From NCBI GenBank assembly GCA_037135095.1, contig JBAXKZ010000005.1:6326-70325 (forward strand): 64,000 nt of DNA. The letters are read 5' to 3'. The notes beneath the pieces were generated by a model. It saw only the letters and a program-made list of their open reading frames with translations. It was not told the DNA's origin and did not search any database. The stretch comes from Actinomycetes bacterium. GTDB lineage: Bacteria; Actinomycetota; Actinomycetes; Nanopelagicales; Nanopelagicaceae. A program made the translations under genes and the position numbers. Shown piece after piece: positions 10,065 to 23,306 of this stretch; positions within the stretch are counted from its first letter, which is position 1; each line of letters begins with the position of its first letter.

Positions 10065-10756
10065 AGTTCAAAACTAGTTTTGTATTAGGACTTTTCCTGC
10101 TATTTGGTGGACTTCCTAATTATGCTTCTGCGGCAAGTGCTACAGCTACTCCTAAACCCATTGCAAAACCTTCAGCCAAGCTAACGCCAGCGGCAAGCGC
10201 AAAGGCGACTTCAAAGCCCAGTGCAAAGAGCTCGGTTAAGAAGACCATTGCGCCTAAAAAAGCAGTTGTGAAAAAGGTGGCACCAAAGCGAATCGTGCGG
10301 CCGATGGCAAAACCAAGCCCAGCAAAATCACCTTTGGCAGCATGGCCACCCAAAGGTTATGTCTCTGCGGGTGGAATATATGCAAAAATTCCAACGGCAG
10401 TCGAGTTAACTGGAATCATCTCAGCACAAAAACTTCTTTTTAAAGCCTCCCAGAACTGCATCACTAACGCCTGCGGCGCGCTATTTGTTGCTTCAGTAGA
10501 TGGCTGCATCTGGTGGGAGGTTGATTCATCAGTTTACGGACCGGGCGTATCGGACCCAACTAAAATTATTGAATATGGAACTTTGCGCACGACGGCAAAA
10601 GGCACAAAACCAAAGGAAAGTTCGGCGATCCTTATGGTCAGCAGCGAACCACTAGCGGTCGGAGTTACCGTTGGAAATATTGGGGCAAAGTGCTGGAGTA
10701 ATCCGCCACCGGAAAAAGTGCCAAATAACACCTACATTCCAAATACCAATCGCTAG
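10049..10756 (+). CDS. secreted protein with a Lys/Ala/Pro-rich linker and a Cys-containing C-terminal domain (hypothetical)
   Basis: Signal-peptide-like N-terminus (FVLGLFLLFGGLPNYASA), AKP/SAK low-complexity repeats, then a 4-Cys globular part. 16-nt overlap with the ABC-2 permease end. Confidence 0.5.
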   Translation: MVGSLKFKTSFVLGLFLLFGGLPNYASAASATATPKPIAKPSAKLTPAASAKATSKPSAKSSVKKTIAPKKAVVKKVAPKRIVRPMAKPSPAKSPLAAWPPKGYVSAGGIYAKIPTAVELTGIISAQKLLFKASQNCITNACGALFVASVDGCIWWEVDSSVYGPGVSDPTKIIEYGTLRTTAKGTKPKESSAILMVSSEPLAVGVTVGNIGAKCWSNPPPEKVPNNTYIPNTNR

Positions 10757-11328
10757 CGATTAGCTCCTGGAACCCAAAGTTCATCACCTTTGCCAAGGTT
10801 AGAAATTCGAGCTAGCACAAAAAGTAGATCAGATAGGCGATTCAAATATTTCGCTGTTAGTGGATTTACGCCACCACCGAAAGAATGAATCGCACTCCAA
10901 GTTCGACGCTCAGCTCTGCGGACGATAGTTCTTGCTACGTGCAAAAGCGCCGCTGCTGGAGTGCCGGATGGAAGAACGAAGGAGCGCAGCGGCTCCAACT
11001 TCTCGTTGTAAGAATCAATCTGTGATTCCAAATAGGTGATCTGCGATTCCAATACTCGAAGTGGCTCAATCTTTGGATCATCGACTACGGGGGTACATAG
11101 ATCGGCACCAACATCGAAGAGGTCATTTTGAATTCTGATTAGCAATTTCACGATCTCACGATCCTTGATATCTCCAAGGGCCAATACGACGCCGATCGAA
11201 GAGTTAGCTTCATCAACCGTGGCATAAGCCTCAAGTCGTGGGTCGTTCTTGGAGGTGCGGCTCATATCCCCTAAGGAGGTGGTGCCGTCATCGCCTGTTT
11301 TCGTATAGATCCGTGTCAGATTTACCAT
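10753..11328 (-). CDS. PduO-type ATP:cob(I)alamin adenosyltransferase
   Basis: N-terminal hallmark [13 protein letters not shown], 191 aa. Same position next to murA as Rv1314c in M. tuberculosis. Confidence 0.87.
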   Translation of the reverse strand: MVNLTRIYTKTGDDGTTSLGDMSRTSKNDPRLEAYATVDEANSSIGVVLALGDIKDREIVKLLIRIQNDLFDVGADLCTPVVDDPKIEPLRVLESQITYLESQIDSYNEKLEPLRSFVLPSGTPAAALLHVARTIVRRAERRTWSAIHSFGGGVNPLTAKYLNRLSDLLFVLARISNLGKGDELWVPGANR

Positions 11329-11387
11329 GTGTGGAGCCTATTAGAGCAACTACGATGAGACCACTCAGGAAAAGGGGAATTATTTCT

Positions 11388-12662
11388 ATGCCAGGTACTA
11401 CGGCGCGCGATGCCTTCCGGATTGTCGGCGGGGCTCGGCTGGTGGGCGAGGTACACGTTTCTGGTGCCAAAAATTCGGCGCTGAAATTAATGGCTGCCTC
11501 GTTGTTGGCAGTTGGCAAGAGCACATTTTTAAATGTCCCCGATATCGCCGACGTCGAAATTATGTCGGAACTATTAATCCGTCTAGGTTGCAGTGTTGAG
11601 TACGATCGGGAAAGTTTGTCACTAACGATCGATGTTCCCGCTGAACCAGGTTTTCGCGCTGATTACGATCTAGTGCGAAAAATGCGCGCCTCCATAAATG
11701 TGCTGGGACCTCTGGTTACCCGAATTGGCCGAGCAGAGGTAGCGCTGCCGGGTGGCGATGCGATCGGCTCCCGCGGGCTTGATTTCCATATTAAGGGTTT
11801 GAAAGAGCTAGGTGCGCAGGCACATTCTGAACATGGATATGTAATTGCAACGGCTCCCAACGGCCTCACAGGTGCAAGCGTCTTATTAGATTTCCCCAGC
11901 GTAGGCGCCACCGAGAACATCATGACCGCCGCGGTCTTAGCCCATGGGGTAACAACTATAGATAACGCCGCTCGTGAACCAGATGTTGTGGACTTGGGTG
12001 AATTCTTAATTGCAATGGGTGCCAATATTGAAGGCCTCGGGACCCCGCTGATAACGATTACCGGGGTCCCTAAATTGCATCCCGCAGTTCACGCCACACT
12101 CTGTGACCGAATCGTGGCCGGAACTTGGGCTTTTGCTGCAGCCATTACACAGGGCGACATAACAATTATTGGTGGCCGAGCCGAACATTTAGAGTTGCCG
12201 CTAGATAAATTGGTAGCTGCCGGTGCGGTGGTTACTACTACGGCTAATGGCTTCCGGGTAAAGATGGACCGCAGGCCGAACGCCTTTGATATTGCGACCC
12301 TTCCCTATCCAGGATTTCCAACCGACCTGCAGCCAATGGCGATTTCGCTCAACGCCATTGCCGATGGCGATTCGATCGTGACTGAAAATGTCTTTGAAGG
12401 TCGATTTATGTTTGTGAACGAATTAAAACGCTTGGGCGCCAACATCCAAGTCGATGGCCACCATGCCGCTATCTCCGGAGTAACTCACCTATCGGGCGCG
12501 CCAGTAGTTGCTACCGATATCAGAGCAGGGGCTGGTTTAATTTTGGCGGCGTTAGTTAGTGAAGGTGAAACTATTGTTGAAGATGGCTTCCACATTGATC
12601 GTGGTTATCCAGGTTTTGCAAAAGCCCTCTGCTCGCTAGGAGCAGAGGTTTCTAGAATCTAG
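11388..12662 (+). CDS. murA: UDP-N-acetylglucosamine 1-carboxyvinyltransferase
   Basis: [29 protein letters not shown]-terminus and full-length EPSP-synthase-like fold. Start set at ATG 11388, because the 11238 extension overlaps the opposite gene. Confidence 0.92.
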   Translation: MPGTTARDAFRIVGGARLVGEVHVSGAKNSALKLMAASLLAVGKSTFLNVPDIADVEIMSELLIRLGCSVEYDRESLSLTIDVPAEPGFRADYDLVRKMRASINVLGPLVTRIGRAEVALPGGDAIGSRGLDFHIKGLKELGAQAHSEHGYVIATAPNGLTGASVLLDFPSVGATENIMTAAVLAHGVTTIDNAAREPDVVDLGEFLIAMGANIEGLGTPLITITGVPKLHPAVHATLCDRIVAGTWAFAAAITQGDITIIGGRAEHLELPLDKLVAAGAVVTTTANGFRVKMDRRPNAFDIATLPYPGFPTDLQPMAISLNAIADGDSIVTENVFEGRFMFVNELKRLGANIQVDGHHAAISGVTHLSGAPVVATDIRAGAGLILAALVSEGETIVEDGFHIDRGYPGFAKALCSLGAEVSRI

Positions 12663-12916
12663 TTGGTGCGCTCGCCCAGAATTGAAACTCGATTCTTGGA
12701 GACTGAAATGAAGCCGCCATGGATTTCAAAATCCACTTTTTCACCAGTGGCACTCTTGATGGAAACGGTGCCATCTACTAGTACCCCGAGCAACGGTGCG
12801 TGATCTGGCAAAATTCCCAAATCGCCCTCAAGAGTTCGAGCTGAAACCATAGTGGCCTCACCCGACCAGACCCGCTTCTCTGGCGAAACTACTTCAACCG
12901 TTAAGTTGCTGGCCAT
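12659..12916 (-). CDS. atpC: F1 ATP synthase epsilon subunit, short form (85 aa)
   Basis: [21 protein letters not shown] ... HAPLLG beta-sandwich motifs, placed directly after atpD. Start set at ATG 12916, because the longer ORF overlaps atpD. Confidence 0.85.
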   Translation of the reverse strand: MASNLTVEVVSPEKRVWSGEATMVSARTLEGDLGILPDHAPLLGVLVDGTVSIKSATGEKVDFEIHGGFISVSKNRVSILGERTN

Positions 12917-12921
12917 TTGTA

Positions 12922-15263
<2,342 letters not shown>

Positions 15264-15266
15264 GAG

Positions 15267-16907
15267 TTACTTCTTCACCGCCGGAACCTGACGAGTAATG
15301 GTTTCGTTGCCTTCAGAATCGAGGGCATCGGCTGGAGCTTCATTTACTGGCGCAGCGCCGGTGGCGGCAAACTGACCTTTGAAGACGGTAATCGCTTCAT
15401 CAAGGGAAGCAACGGTGTCATCGGTTAGTTCGCGAGTATTAGTAATAACATCGATGATGCCCGAACGCTCACGTGCTAAGAAGTCCAAGAACTCAGCTTC
15501 AAAGCGGCGGATATCGGCAACTGGAATTGAATCCATTTTGCCGGTGGTACCTGCCCAGATTGAAGCAACTTCTTGTGCGACTGAATAAGGTGAATATTGA
15601 CCCTGTTTTAGCAGTTCAACCATTCGCGCACCGCGCTCTAGTTGTGCTTTTGAAGCAGCATCTAGGTCAGAACCGAAGGCGGCGAATGCTTCGAGCTCAC
15701 GGTACTGAGCCAAGTCCAAACGAAGACGACCAGCGATCTTCTTCATTGCTTTGGTCTGTGCTGAACCACCAACGCGAGATACTGAAATACCTACGTTGAT
15801 TGCCGGACGAACGCCAGCGTTGAACAAGTCAGTCTCTAGGAAGCACTGACCATCAGTAATTGAAATTACGTTGGTAGGAATGAAGGCCGAAACGTCATTT
15901 CCTTTGGTTTCAATGATTGGCAATCCAGTCATGGAGCCGCCGCCGAGCTCATCAGAGAGCTTTGCGCAACGTTCCAAAAGACGGGAGTGCAAGTAGAAAA
16001 CATCGCCAGGGTAGGCCTCGCGACCTGGAGGGCGACGAAGTAATAACGAGACGGAGCGATAAGCCTCGGCTTGCTTTGAAAGATCATCAAACACAATTAG
16101 GACATGCTCGCCCTTGTACATCCAGTGCTGGCCAATCGCCGAACCGGTGTAAGGAGCTAAGTATTTGAAGCCAGCTGGATCTGAGGCTGGTGAAGCAACA
16201 ATGGTTGTGTACTCCATAGCGCCAGCTTCTTCCAATGCGCCCTTAACAGAGGCAATGGTTGAACCCTTTTGACCAATAGCAACATAAATACATTTAACTT
16301 GCTTCTTGGGATCGCCCGACTTCCAGTTAGCTTTCTGGTTAATGATGGTGTCGATGGCGATTGCAGTCTTGCCAGTCTGACGGTCACCAATAATTAGCTG
16401 ACGTTGTCCGCGACCAATGGCAGTCATGGCATCGATAGCTTTGATACCAGTCTGAAGTGGTTCCTTAACAGGTTGGCGCTCAACAACCGAAGGTGCCTGA
16501 AGTTCCAAAGCACGCGTGGCTTCGGCAACGATCTCGCCTTTACCATCAATTGGACGACCAAGTGGGTCCACGACGCGGCCAAGGAAGCCGTCGCCGACAG
16601 GAACAGAGAGGATCTCGCCAGTACGTCGAACAGAAGTACCTTCTTCGATGCCGGTGAATTCACCGAGGATAACTACACCGATTTCGCGCACGTCGAGGTT
16701 TAGCGCCAGACCTAAAGTTCCATTTTCGAACTTAAGCAGTTCGTTGGTCATCGTTGAAGGCAAGCCCTCAATACGTGCGATGCCATCGCCAGCTTCGGTA
16801 ACAGTGCCGATCTCATCGCGAGCCGCAGCACCCGGATTGTAAGAGGCAACGTGCTTAGCAAGCGCGTCGCGAATCTCTTCGGGCCGGATCGTGAGTTCCG
16901 CCATCAT
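15267..16907 (-). CDS. atpA: F1 ATP synthase alpha subunit (546 aa, C-terminal extension)
   Basis: Walker A GDRQTGKT and the conserved alpha core. About 35 extra residues follow the canonical end. Confidence 0.98.
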   Translation of the reverse strand: MMAELTIRPEEIRDALAKHVASYNPGAAARDEIGTVTEAGDGIARIEGLPSTMTNELLKFENGTLGLALNLDVREIGVVILGEFTGIEEGTSVRRTGEILSVPVGDGFLGRVVDPLGRPIDGKGEIVAEATRALELQAPSVVERQPVKEPLQTGIKAIDAMTAIGRGQRQLIIGDRQTGKTAIAIDTIINQKANWKSGDPKKQVKCIYVAIGQKGSTIASVKGALEEAGAMEYTTIVASPASDPAGFKYLAPYTGSAIGQHWMYKGEHVLIVFDDLSKQAEAYRSVSLLLRRPPGREAYPGDVFYLHSRLLERCAKLSDELGGGSMTGLPIIETKGNDVSAFIPTNVISITDGQCFLETDLFNAGVRPAINVGISVSRVGGSAQTKAMKKIAGRLRLDLAQYRELEAFAAFGSDLDAASKAQLERGARMVELLKQGQYSPYSVAQEVASIWAGTTGKMDSIPVADIRRFEAEFLDFLARERSGIIDVITNTRELTDDTVASLDEAITVFKGQFAATGAAPVNEAPADALDSEGNETITRQVPAVKK

Positions 16908-16944
16908 CTTCTCCCTCTAACTAAGTGGATCTTTTGTTGAAAAA

Positions 16945-17771
16945 TTAACCTACGAGCTCTCGGCTCGCCTCTGCTAACCGATTGACAATGGTGCCGTCGA
17001 TAATTTCATCGGCAAATCGAATTGCGACGCCACCGATTACGGCAGCATCAATTTCAATATTTACGTGAACTGGCTGTCCGATTTGCTTGGTGAGCGCGTT
17101 TGTGAGCTTCTCACGCTGCGCTGGAGTCAACGCGATTGCAGTACGGACATGTGCGGTGATGCGATTTCGGCGAGCAGCCACGGCGTGCGAGTAGGCAGCA
17201 ATCGCTTGCTCGATACTACGTCCGCGAAGACCAGCAACTAGCGCATTCAGTAACCGAACGGTCGAGGCGCTGAACTTGCCAGCAAATAGCGTGGCAACAA
17301 GAGCCTGCTTATGTTCTGAGTCATCGGCGCTGGAGTTAAGTGCCTGACGAAGATCGCCATTTGCGATTAATAATCTAGAGAGTTCAAAGATTTCATCCTG
17401 AACTCGATCTAACTCTAAGTTGTGATTAGCGGCTGAGCTTTCGGCTTCAACTGCAATCTGCTCAATGGCATCTGCAAGTTCTAGCGGAGATGACCATCGA
17501 AGAGAAACGGCAGCTATAACTAGTTCAAGCGCAACCGAACCAATGCCCTTACCGAAGAGATCGGTGATGAGTGCACTCTTAGCTGGAATATCTCTCGAAG
17601 GGTCAGTTAGCGCCCGGCGCAATCCGATTGACGAATTGAGGGTCGTTAGAACTCTAAAGAGATCAGCAGATGCGGTGGCACAGTCGGCTGCGGCGAGAGT
17701 TTTGATTTTCTCGTCGAGCGTTCCACGAAGGTTCGCCAAAGATTGACGACTGCTGCCACCCAGAATAATCA

Positions 17772-17772
<1 letters not shown>
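16945..17772 (-). CDS. atpH: F1 ATP synthase delta subunit (long actinobacterial form)
   Basis: 275 aa with an OSCP-like C-terminal part (DAAVIGGVAIRFADEIIDGT). Operon position. Confidence 0.85.
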
Positions 17773-18320
<548 letters not shown>

Positions 18321-18524
18321 TTAGAGAACGAACGCGAGTACGAGGCCGAAAAGCGCCAACGCTTCTGCCAAGGCGAAGCCAAGGAATGCGATTGGCTGCA
18401 AGACGCTACGTGCTTCTGGTTGACGTGCGACGCCGCTGATGTAAGCCGCGAAGATCATTCCAGTTGCAATTGCAGGTCCGATTGCAGATAGGCCATAACC
18501 GACCAGGTTTAGTGTGCCTTTCAT
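18321..18524 (-). CDS. atpE: F0 ATP synthase subunit c
   Basis: 67 aa hairpin with [21 protein letters not shown] and the carboxylate in [13 protein letters not shown]. Confidence 0.92.
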   Translation of the reverse strand: MKGTLNLVGYGLSAIGPAIATGMIFAAYISGVARQPEARSVLQPIAFLGFALAEALALFGLVLAFVL

Positions 18525-18599
18525 CTTTGTTGCCTTTCCCTTATTTATGTAGTTACTAACTAGCGAAAGCTAATCAGATTCTCGTGCGTAAAACTGTGG

Positions 18600-19391
18600 T
18601 TAGTGCTCGTCAGACAATGCTCCAGCGATAAAGAGTGCTGTTAGCAAAGTAAAAATGTAGGCCTGTAGGCATTGGACCATGAACTCAAAGAAGGTCATTC
18701 CAATTCCGAAGGCGAAAGCAAATGGTGCGATTAGTTTCAAACCGATAACACCGCGAATCAAGTGATCGCCGCCCATGATGAAGACCAACAACAAAAGGTG
18801 GCCAGCGAACATATTGGCAAAGAGCCGAAGTGAGAGCGTTAGAGGTCGAACCAAAAAGAAGGTAGCGATTTCGATCGGGGTCAACAGAATGTAAACCGCT
18901 TTTGGAACGCCGGGCATGAAGGCAATTCCCTTTAGATACTTGCCAAGACCCTGCTTCTTAATTCCAACGGCATGGAAGATCACAAACGAGAAGACCGCTA
19001 AAACATACGGAAAGCTAACGTGCGACATCGAGGGAAATTGCAAAAAGGGCACGATGCCAAAGACGTTATTGGTAAGAATGAAAGTGAAGAGCGTGAAAAG
19101 GAAGGGGACAAAGCGCATGAACTCGTGGCCGATGATCTCTTCGCCAATATCGTTTCGAACGAAGGCGTAGATCGACTCTCCGGCGAATTGCAGCTTGCTT
19201 GGAACAACAAGAGCTTTGCGAGAAGAGGCAATGAAAAATGCGGAAATTACTAAAACTGAAAGTAGAACCAAAAAGACTGGCTTAGTTGAGTATGCGTTGT
19301 TGCCGATGATTGGGGGCAAATTGAAGTCGGCGGTGCTCGGTGGGACGAAACCGGCGCCACTGCCAGCCATCTGGAACAAGCTCACAAACAC
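18600..19391 (-). CDS. atpB: F0 ATP synthase subunit a
   Basis: 263 aa, multi-TM, with the conserved LSLRLFANMFAGH motif. Confidence 0.93.
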   Translation of the reverse strand: MFVSLFQMAGSGAGFVPPSTADFNLPPIIGNNAYSTKPVFLVLLSVLVISAFFIASSRKALVVPSKLQFAGESIYAFVRNDIGEEIIGHEFMRFVPFLFTLFTFILTNNVFGIVPFLQFPSMSHVSFPYVLAVFSFVIFHAVGIKKQGLGKYLKGIAFMPGVPKAVYILLTPIEIATFFLVRPLTLSLRLFANMFAGHLLLLVFIMGGDHLIRGVIGLKLIAPFAFAFGIGMTFFEFMVQCLQAYIFTLLTALFIAGALSDEH

Positions 19392-19503
19392 CCCTGGTCA
19401 TCAAAATGAGAAATCGATGGGAATACGAACGAACCCTATTGGGAGTTGGGAAAAATCAACAAATTTAACCTCGCCTTAGCTGCTGTGAGATAAGACAAGG
19501 GGT

Positions 19504-19695
19504 TTACTTTCGGCCGAACCGAAGCCAGACCAAGTACATAGAGGCGCCACCGCCTAAAAGCAGGCCAATTAAAAGAAAGAAATGAGTCCCCAGCCAATGG
19601 TCGAGGGCGGCACCAATTCCACCCCAAATGATTAAACCAGAGAGGAGATACCCCATGATTGACCAGAGCGCACCTTCTTCGCCGCCTGTAGCCAT
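19504..19695 (-). CDS. AtpZ/AtpI-like small membrane protein
   Basis: 63 aa with two TM helices, directly upstream of atpB, as in other actinobacterial atp operons. Confidence 0.55.
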   Translation of the reverse strand: MATGGEEGALWSIMGYLLSGLIIWGGIGAALDHWLGTHFFLLIGLLLGGGASMYLVWLRFGRK

Positions 19696-19740
19696 CGAAA
19701 CCTCCTACCGTTCTTAAGCTGAAAAGATAACTGCTGAGCG

Positions 19741-20178
19741 TTATTGCTTGGGTGGCAATGGTAACTGGAAACGGAGCCGCAGAAATGCCCGGATCTCCCC
19801 CGCCAGCCAGACGGCCGTGATCGTCAGCGCAGCGGCGGCAAAACTGGGGCGGTCTACCGCAGCCTTTGAAGTGGTCTTTGTGACCACCAAGAGAAATGCT
19901 CCAAGCAGGATCACTTTGGCAAAGTAAGAGAACATCGCCAGCGCCATTGTGGCCATCGGATCTAGTTCTCGGGTCAGGCGCGAAACCGCCAAATGCACCG
20001 AAAAGAAGAGAATTACCGTAAAGCCAGCTAAGAGCGCGCCCCAGAATCCTGGGCGGCCGCGGAAGAAGCTAGCCAGAACGATCCCGAGCAAGGCGACTAC
20101 GGCAGCTGGAACCACTGCCCCTTTCCAGAGCGACTCCTCGCCAGCCTGAGTGCTTGGATCTTTCGAAGTTTTTGACAT
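19741..20178 (-). CDS. membrane protein of unknown function (atp-operon associated)
   Basis: 145 aa with 4 hydrophobic segments. The position between wecA and atpB matches Rv1303. Confidence 0.5.
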   Translation of the reverse strand: MSKTSKDPSTQAGEESLWKGAVVPAAVVALLGIVLASFFRGRPGFWGALLAGFTVILFFSVHLAVSRLTRELDPMATMALAMFSYFAKVILLGAFLLVVTKTTSKAAVDRPSFAAAALTITAVWLAGEIRAFLRLRFQLPLPPKQ

Positions 20179-20189
20179 CGGGCTCCTAA

Positions 20190-21308
20190 TTATTGAAGGT
20201 TATTTGAGCTCTGCAAGAGCGCGCTTCGGGTTCGGGCCGTGATCTGGGCGCGGCGCAAAACGATTAATGACAGCGCAAAAATGGCGCCTCCTGCAAGGAA
20301 ACTAATCCAAAGTGGAGCAAAGGCTGCGATCACTGTCGGAAAGGCAAACATTGCAGTCCATAAGTAAAGGACCACTGTGGTTTGGCGCTGGGTGGAACCC
20401 AAATTCAAAATTCGGTGGTGCAGGTGTTCGCGATCAGCGGTAAATGGCGAGCGCCCGGCCCGGATCCGGCGGAAGATCGCTAAGACCAGATCCAGTAAGG
20501 GAATTGCCAAGACGGTGAAGGGCAGAAGTAACGGCAAGAGTTTGGAACTCGAACCCTGGTTCGTCAAGGCGTTGGCATCGATCTGACCCGTCAAGGTAAT
20601 GGCCGCAGCTGAAAGTAAGAGACCCAATAACATCGCGCCGGAGTCACCCATAAAGATCTTCGCCGGGTGAAAATTATGGGGCAAGAACCCGATACACATG
20701 CCAACCACAACAGCTGTGACTAACGATGGTGCGCCAGCGCGTGAAAAGCCATTGACCACAGCTAATAAATAAGAGAAGCCAAAGAAGGCTAAGGCGCAAA
20801 TCGCCACAATTCCGGTGGCTAAGCCATCTAGCCCATCCACAAAATTCACCGCGTTGATTACAACCATGACAAAAATTACGGTTAAGAGTTGCCCAATATT
20901 CGCTGGCAATGTCAAGATGCCATTTATCGGCAGCCAAAGAATTTGCACGCCGTGCAAGAGCAAGATGCCAGCTGCTAACGCTTGGCCCGCGAACTTGGTA
21001 ATCGCATCTAAGTCATAGCGATCATCGAGCAAACCTAAAATCATGATGAAGGTTCCGGCCAGGAAAATTCCAGTGGCTTCGCGCCCAAAAGATTTTCCTA
21101 CAAGTGGAAGATGACTGACAGTTAAAAAGGTGATTGCCATCGCAAGCCACATCGAAAGTCCGCCCCAGCGGGGCGTGATATCCGTATGAATATCGCGGGA
21201 ACGCAGATTCATAAACGCTCCAGCAGACATCGCCACTTTTCGGATGGCAGGTGTCAGTAAGAAACAGAGCGTCGCGGCTAACGAGGCCGTTAAAAGGTAC
21301 TCGCGCAT
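20190..21308 (-). CDS. wecA: polyprenyl-phosphate GlcNAc-1-phosphate transferase (MraY/WecA family, GT4)
   Basis: 372 aa, multi-TM, with motifs LLDDRYDL, NAVNFVDGLDGLA and IFMGDSG. Synteny with rfe (Rv1302) upstream of the atp operon. Confidence 0.82.
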   Translation of the reverse strand: MREYLLTASLAATLCFLLTPAIRKVAMSAGAFMNLRSRDIHTDITPRWGGLSMWLAMAITFLTVSHLPLVGKSFGREATGIFLAGTFIMILGLLDDRYDLDAITKFAGQALAAGILLLHGVQILWLPINGILTLPANIGQLLTVIFVMVVINAVNFVDGLDGLATGIVAICALAFFGFSYLLAVVNGFSRAGAPSLVTAVVVGMCIGFLPHNFHPAKIFMGDSGAMLLGLLLSAAAITLTGQIDANALTNQGSSSKLLPLLLPFTVLAIPLLDLVLAIFRRIRAGRSPFTADREHLHHRILNLGSTQRQTTVVLYLWTAMFAFPTVIAAFAPLWISFLAGGAIFALSLIVLRRAQITARTRSALLQSSNNLQ

Positions 21309-21314
21309 AAAAAG

Positions 21315-22583
21315 TTATCTAGGGTAGACCGGGAATTTTGCAGTCAGGTCATGGACCTCACTGCGAATTGCTGAGGCCTTCGCTGGATCTTCGCCATCTT
21401 TAATCGCGCGCGCGATAAGTGATGCAATCTCGCGCATCTGGGGTACGCCCATTCCTTGGGTAGTCGTGGCCGCGGTTCCGACTCGGATTCCACTTGTGAC
21501 GGCTGGAGTTTCTGGATCATATGGAATCGAATTCTTATTTAAAGTAATTCCCGAGTCCCCGCATCGTTGATCAGCAACTTTTCCGCTAACGCCAGTACTT
21601 CGGATATCGATCAGCGCCAAGTGGGTTTGCGTTCCACCTGATACTGCGCGCATGCCTTCTTCAACCAAGCCGGCGGCAAGGGCCTTAGCATTGGTGATTA
21701 CGTTCTTGGCATACTCCTGATATGCAGGAGTGGCACATTCTTTTAAGGCAACTGCTTTTGCGGCAACCGCGCTCATGATTGGTCCACCTTGCATTCCAGG
21801 AAAGACCGCCTTGTCTATTGCGGGCGCGTGCTCTGCTTTAGAGACGATCATGCCACCACGAGGGCCACGTAAAACTTTGTGGGTAGTGAATGAGACAACA
21901 TCGGCATATGGAACTGGTGACGGGATTGCCTTACCGGCAACTAAACCGATGAAGTGCGCGGCATCGACCCACATGATGGCGCCGACCTCATCGCAGATCG
22001 CACGAACTTTTTCGAAGTCGATCAAACTTGGGTATGCGGTTGCACCTGAGCAGATCATCTTTGGTTTGTGTTCCAAAGCGGTGTCACGAAGTTGGTCATA
22101 ATCAATTAATTCATTATCTTGGCGAACACCGTAGGAAACGATATTGAACCACTTGCCAGAAAAGTTAACTTTGGCACCGTGGGTTAAGTGGCCACCGTGA
22201 GGAAGCGACATCGCAAGAACGGTATCTCCTGGTTTGGTGAAAGCTTGGTAGACCGCAACATTTGCGCTGGCACCCGAGTGCGGCTGCAAGTTGGCATGCT
22301 CGGCTCCGAAGAGCGCCTTTGCGCGTTCAATGCCAATTGTCTCGACCTTGTCGACCTCTTCACATCCGCCGTAATAACGCTTGCCTGGGTAACCTTCGGC
22401 ATATTTATTTGAAAGCGTTGAGCCAAGCGCTGCAAGCACAGCCGGCGAGGTGAAGTTTTCGCTGGCGATTAATTGCAGATTGGTACGTTGACGTTCTAGT
22501 TCGCTCAGAAGTACCGCAGCGATATCTGGATCTTGGGAGGCAAGGGCCGCGAAATCAGGGCCGAAGAAGGGTTCTGTAGACAT
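21315..22583 (-). CDS. glyA: serine hydroxymethyltransferase
   Basis: LIASENFTSPAVL, GYPGKRYYGGCE and the PLP-lysine motif VVSFTTHKVLRGPRGG. Confidence 0.97.
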   Translation of the reverse strand: MSTEPFFGPDFAALASQDPDIAAVLLSELERQRTNLQLIASENFTSPAVLAALGSTLSNKYAEGYPGKRYYGGCEEVDKVETIGIERAKALFGAEHANLQPHSGASANVAVYQAFTKPGDTVLAMSLPHGGHLTHGAKVNFSGKWFNIVSYGVRQDNELIDYDQLRDTALEHKPKMICSGATAYPSLIDFEKVRAICDEVGAIMWVDAAHFIGLVAGKAIPSPVPYADVVSFTTHKVLRGPRGGMIVSKAEHAPAIDKAVFPGMQGGPIMSAVAAKAVALKECATPAYQEYAKNVITNAKALAAGLVEEGMRAVSGGTQTHLALIDIRSTGVSGKVADQRCGDSGITLNKNSIPYDPETPAVTSGIRVGTAATTTQGMGVPQMREIASLIARAIKDGEDPAKASAIRSEVHDLTAKFPVYPR

Positions 22584-22592
22584 GGCCTAAGC

Positions 22593-23270
22593 CTATGCCG
22601 AGATGACTGAAATATTGGGCAGCACTTCTTGGAGCGCTTCCAGGGTGATCGCCCCGACGCGAAGAACTTCTAAGCCCAGATCAGTACCGATGCTGATTTG
22701 TTGCACGATCGTTGAAGCGGGGCCAGAGGTGAGCACACCCTCATCAAGATAATAAGAGATATCGGAGTACAAGGCCGAAATCTGCCCGATATCTAAGATT
22801 GGTGGGCGGCCGACAAGCGCAGCGCTTGCAACTGCTAGCGGTCCACTTTTTTCCAAAACTGCTCGAAAGAGTTCGCGATTTGGAATCCGAACTGCAAATT
22901 CGCCTAATTCGCCGGCATCTCCCAGATCCCAGCTCAATCCATAAGTTGGCGCCACATGCAAGGTAAGTAGCCCGGGCCAAAATTTCTTCGTTAATAAGGT
23001 GAGGTCCTCGGTTACGTTCTGAGCAATGCCATCAAGAGTTTCAAAACTACCGATCATCACCTGACAGGCGACACCGAAATCATCACCGCGGAGGGTGTGC
23101 AATCTGGAAACGGCATCACGATCAAAAGCATCGCAGGCATAGATGTAAGCGCTCTCGATCGCGGCCACAATAATTCCACCGCTTCGCAGCGATTCAACAA
23201 CCTTTGCGATTTCAATTTCGAGCTTCTCGGGATCGCCAGCAAAATCTTTAAGTTCGATTACTTCGGCCAT
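22593..23270 (-). CDS. L-threonylcarbamoyladenylate synthase (Sua5/YwlC/YrdC family)
   Basis: 225 aa YrdC-like fold (KFWPGLLTL, VRIPN). Synteny with Rv1301 after prmC. Confidence 0.82.
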   Translation of the reverse strand: MAEVIELKDFAGDPEKLEIEIAKVVESLRSGGIIVAAIESAYIYACDAFDRDAVSRLHTLRGDDFGVACQVMIGSFETLDGIAQNVTEDLTLLTKKFWPGLLTLHVAPTYGLSWDLGDAGELGEFAVRIPNRELFRAVLEKSGPLAVASAALVGRPPILDIGQISALYSDISYYLDEGVLTSGPASTIVQQISIGTDLGLEVLRVGAITLEALQEVLPNISVISA

Positions 23271-23306
23271 CTACCGGCTCCAATCCGCTCGCTTGTAATT
23301 TTAAAA

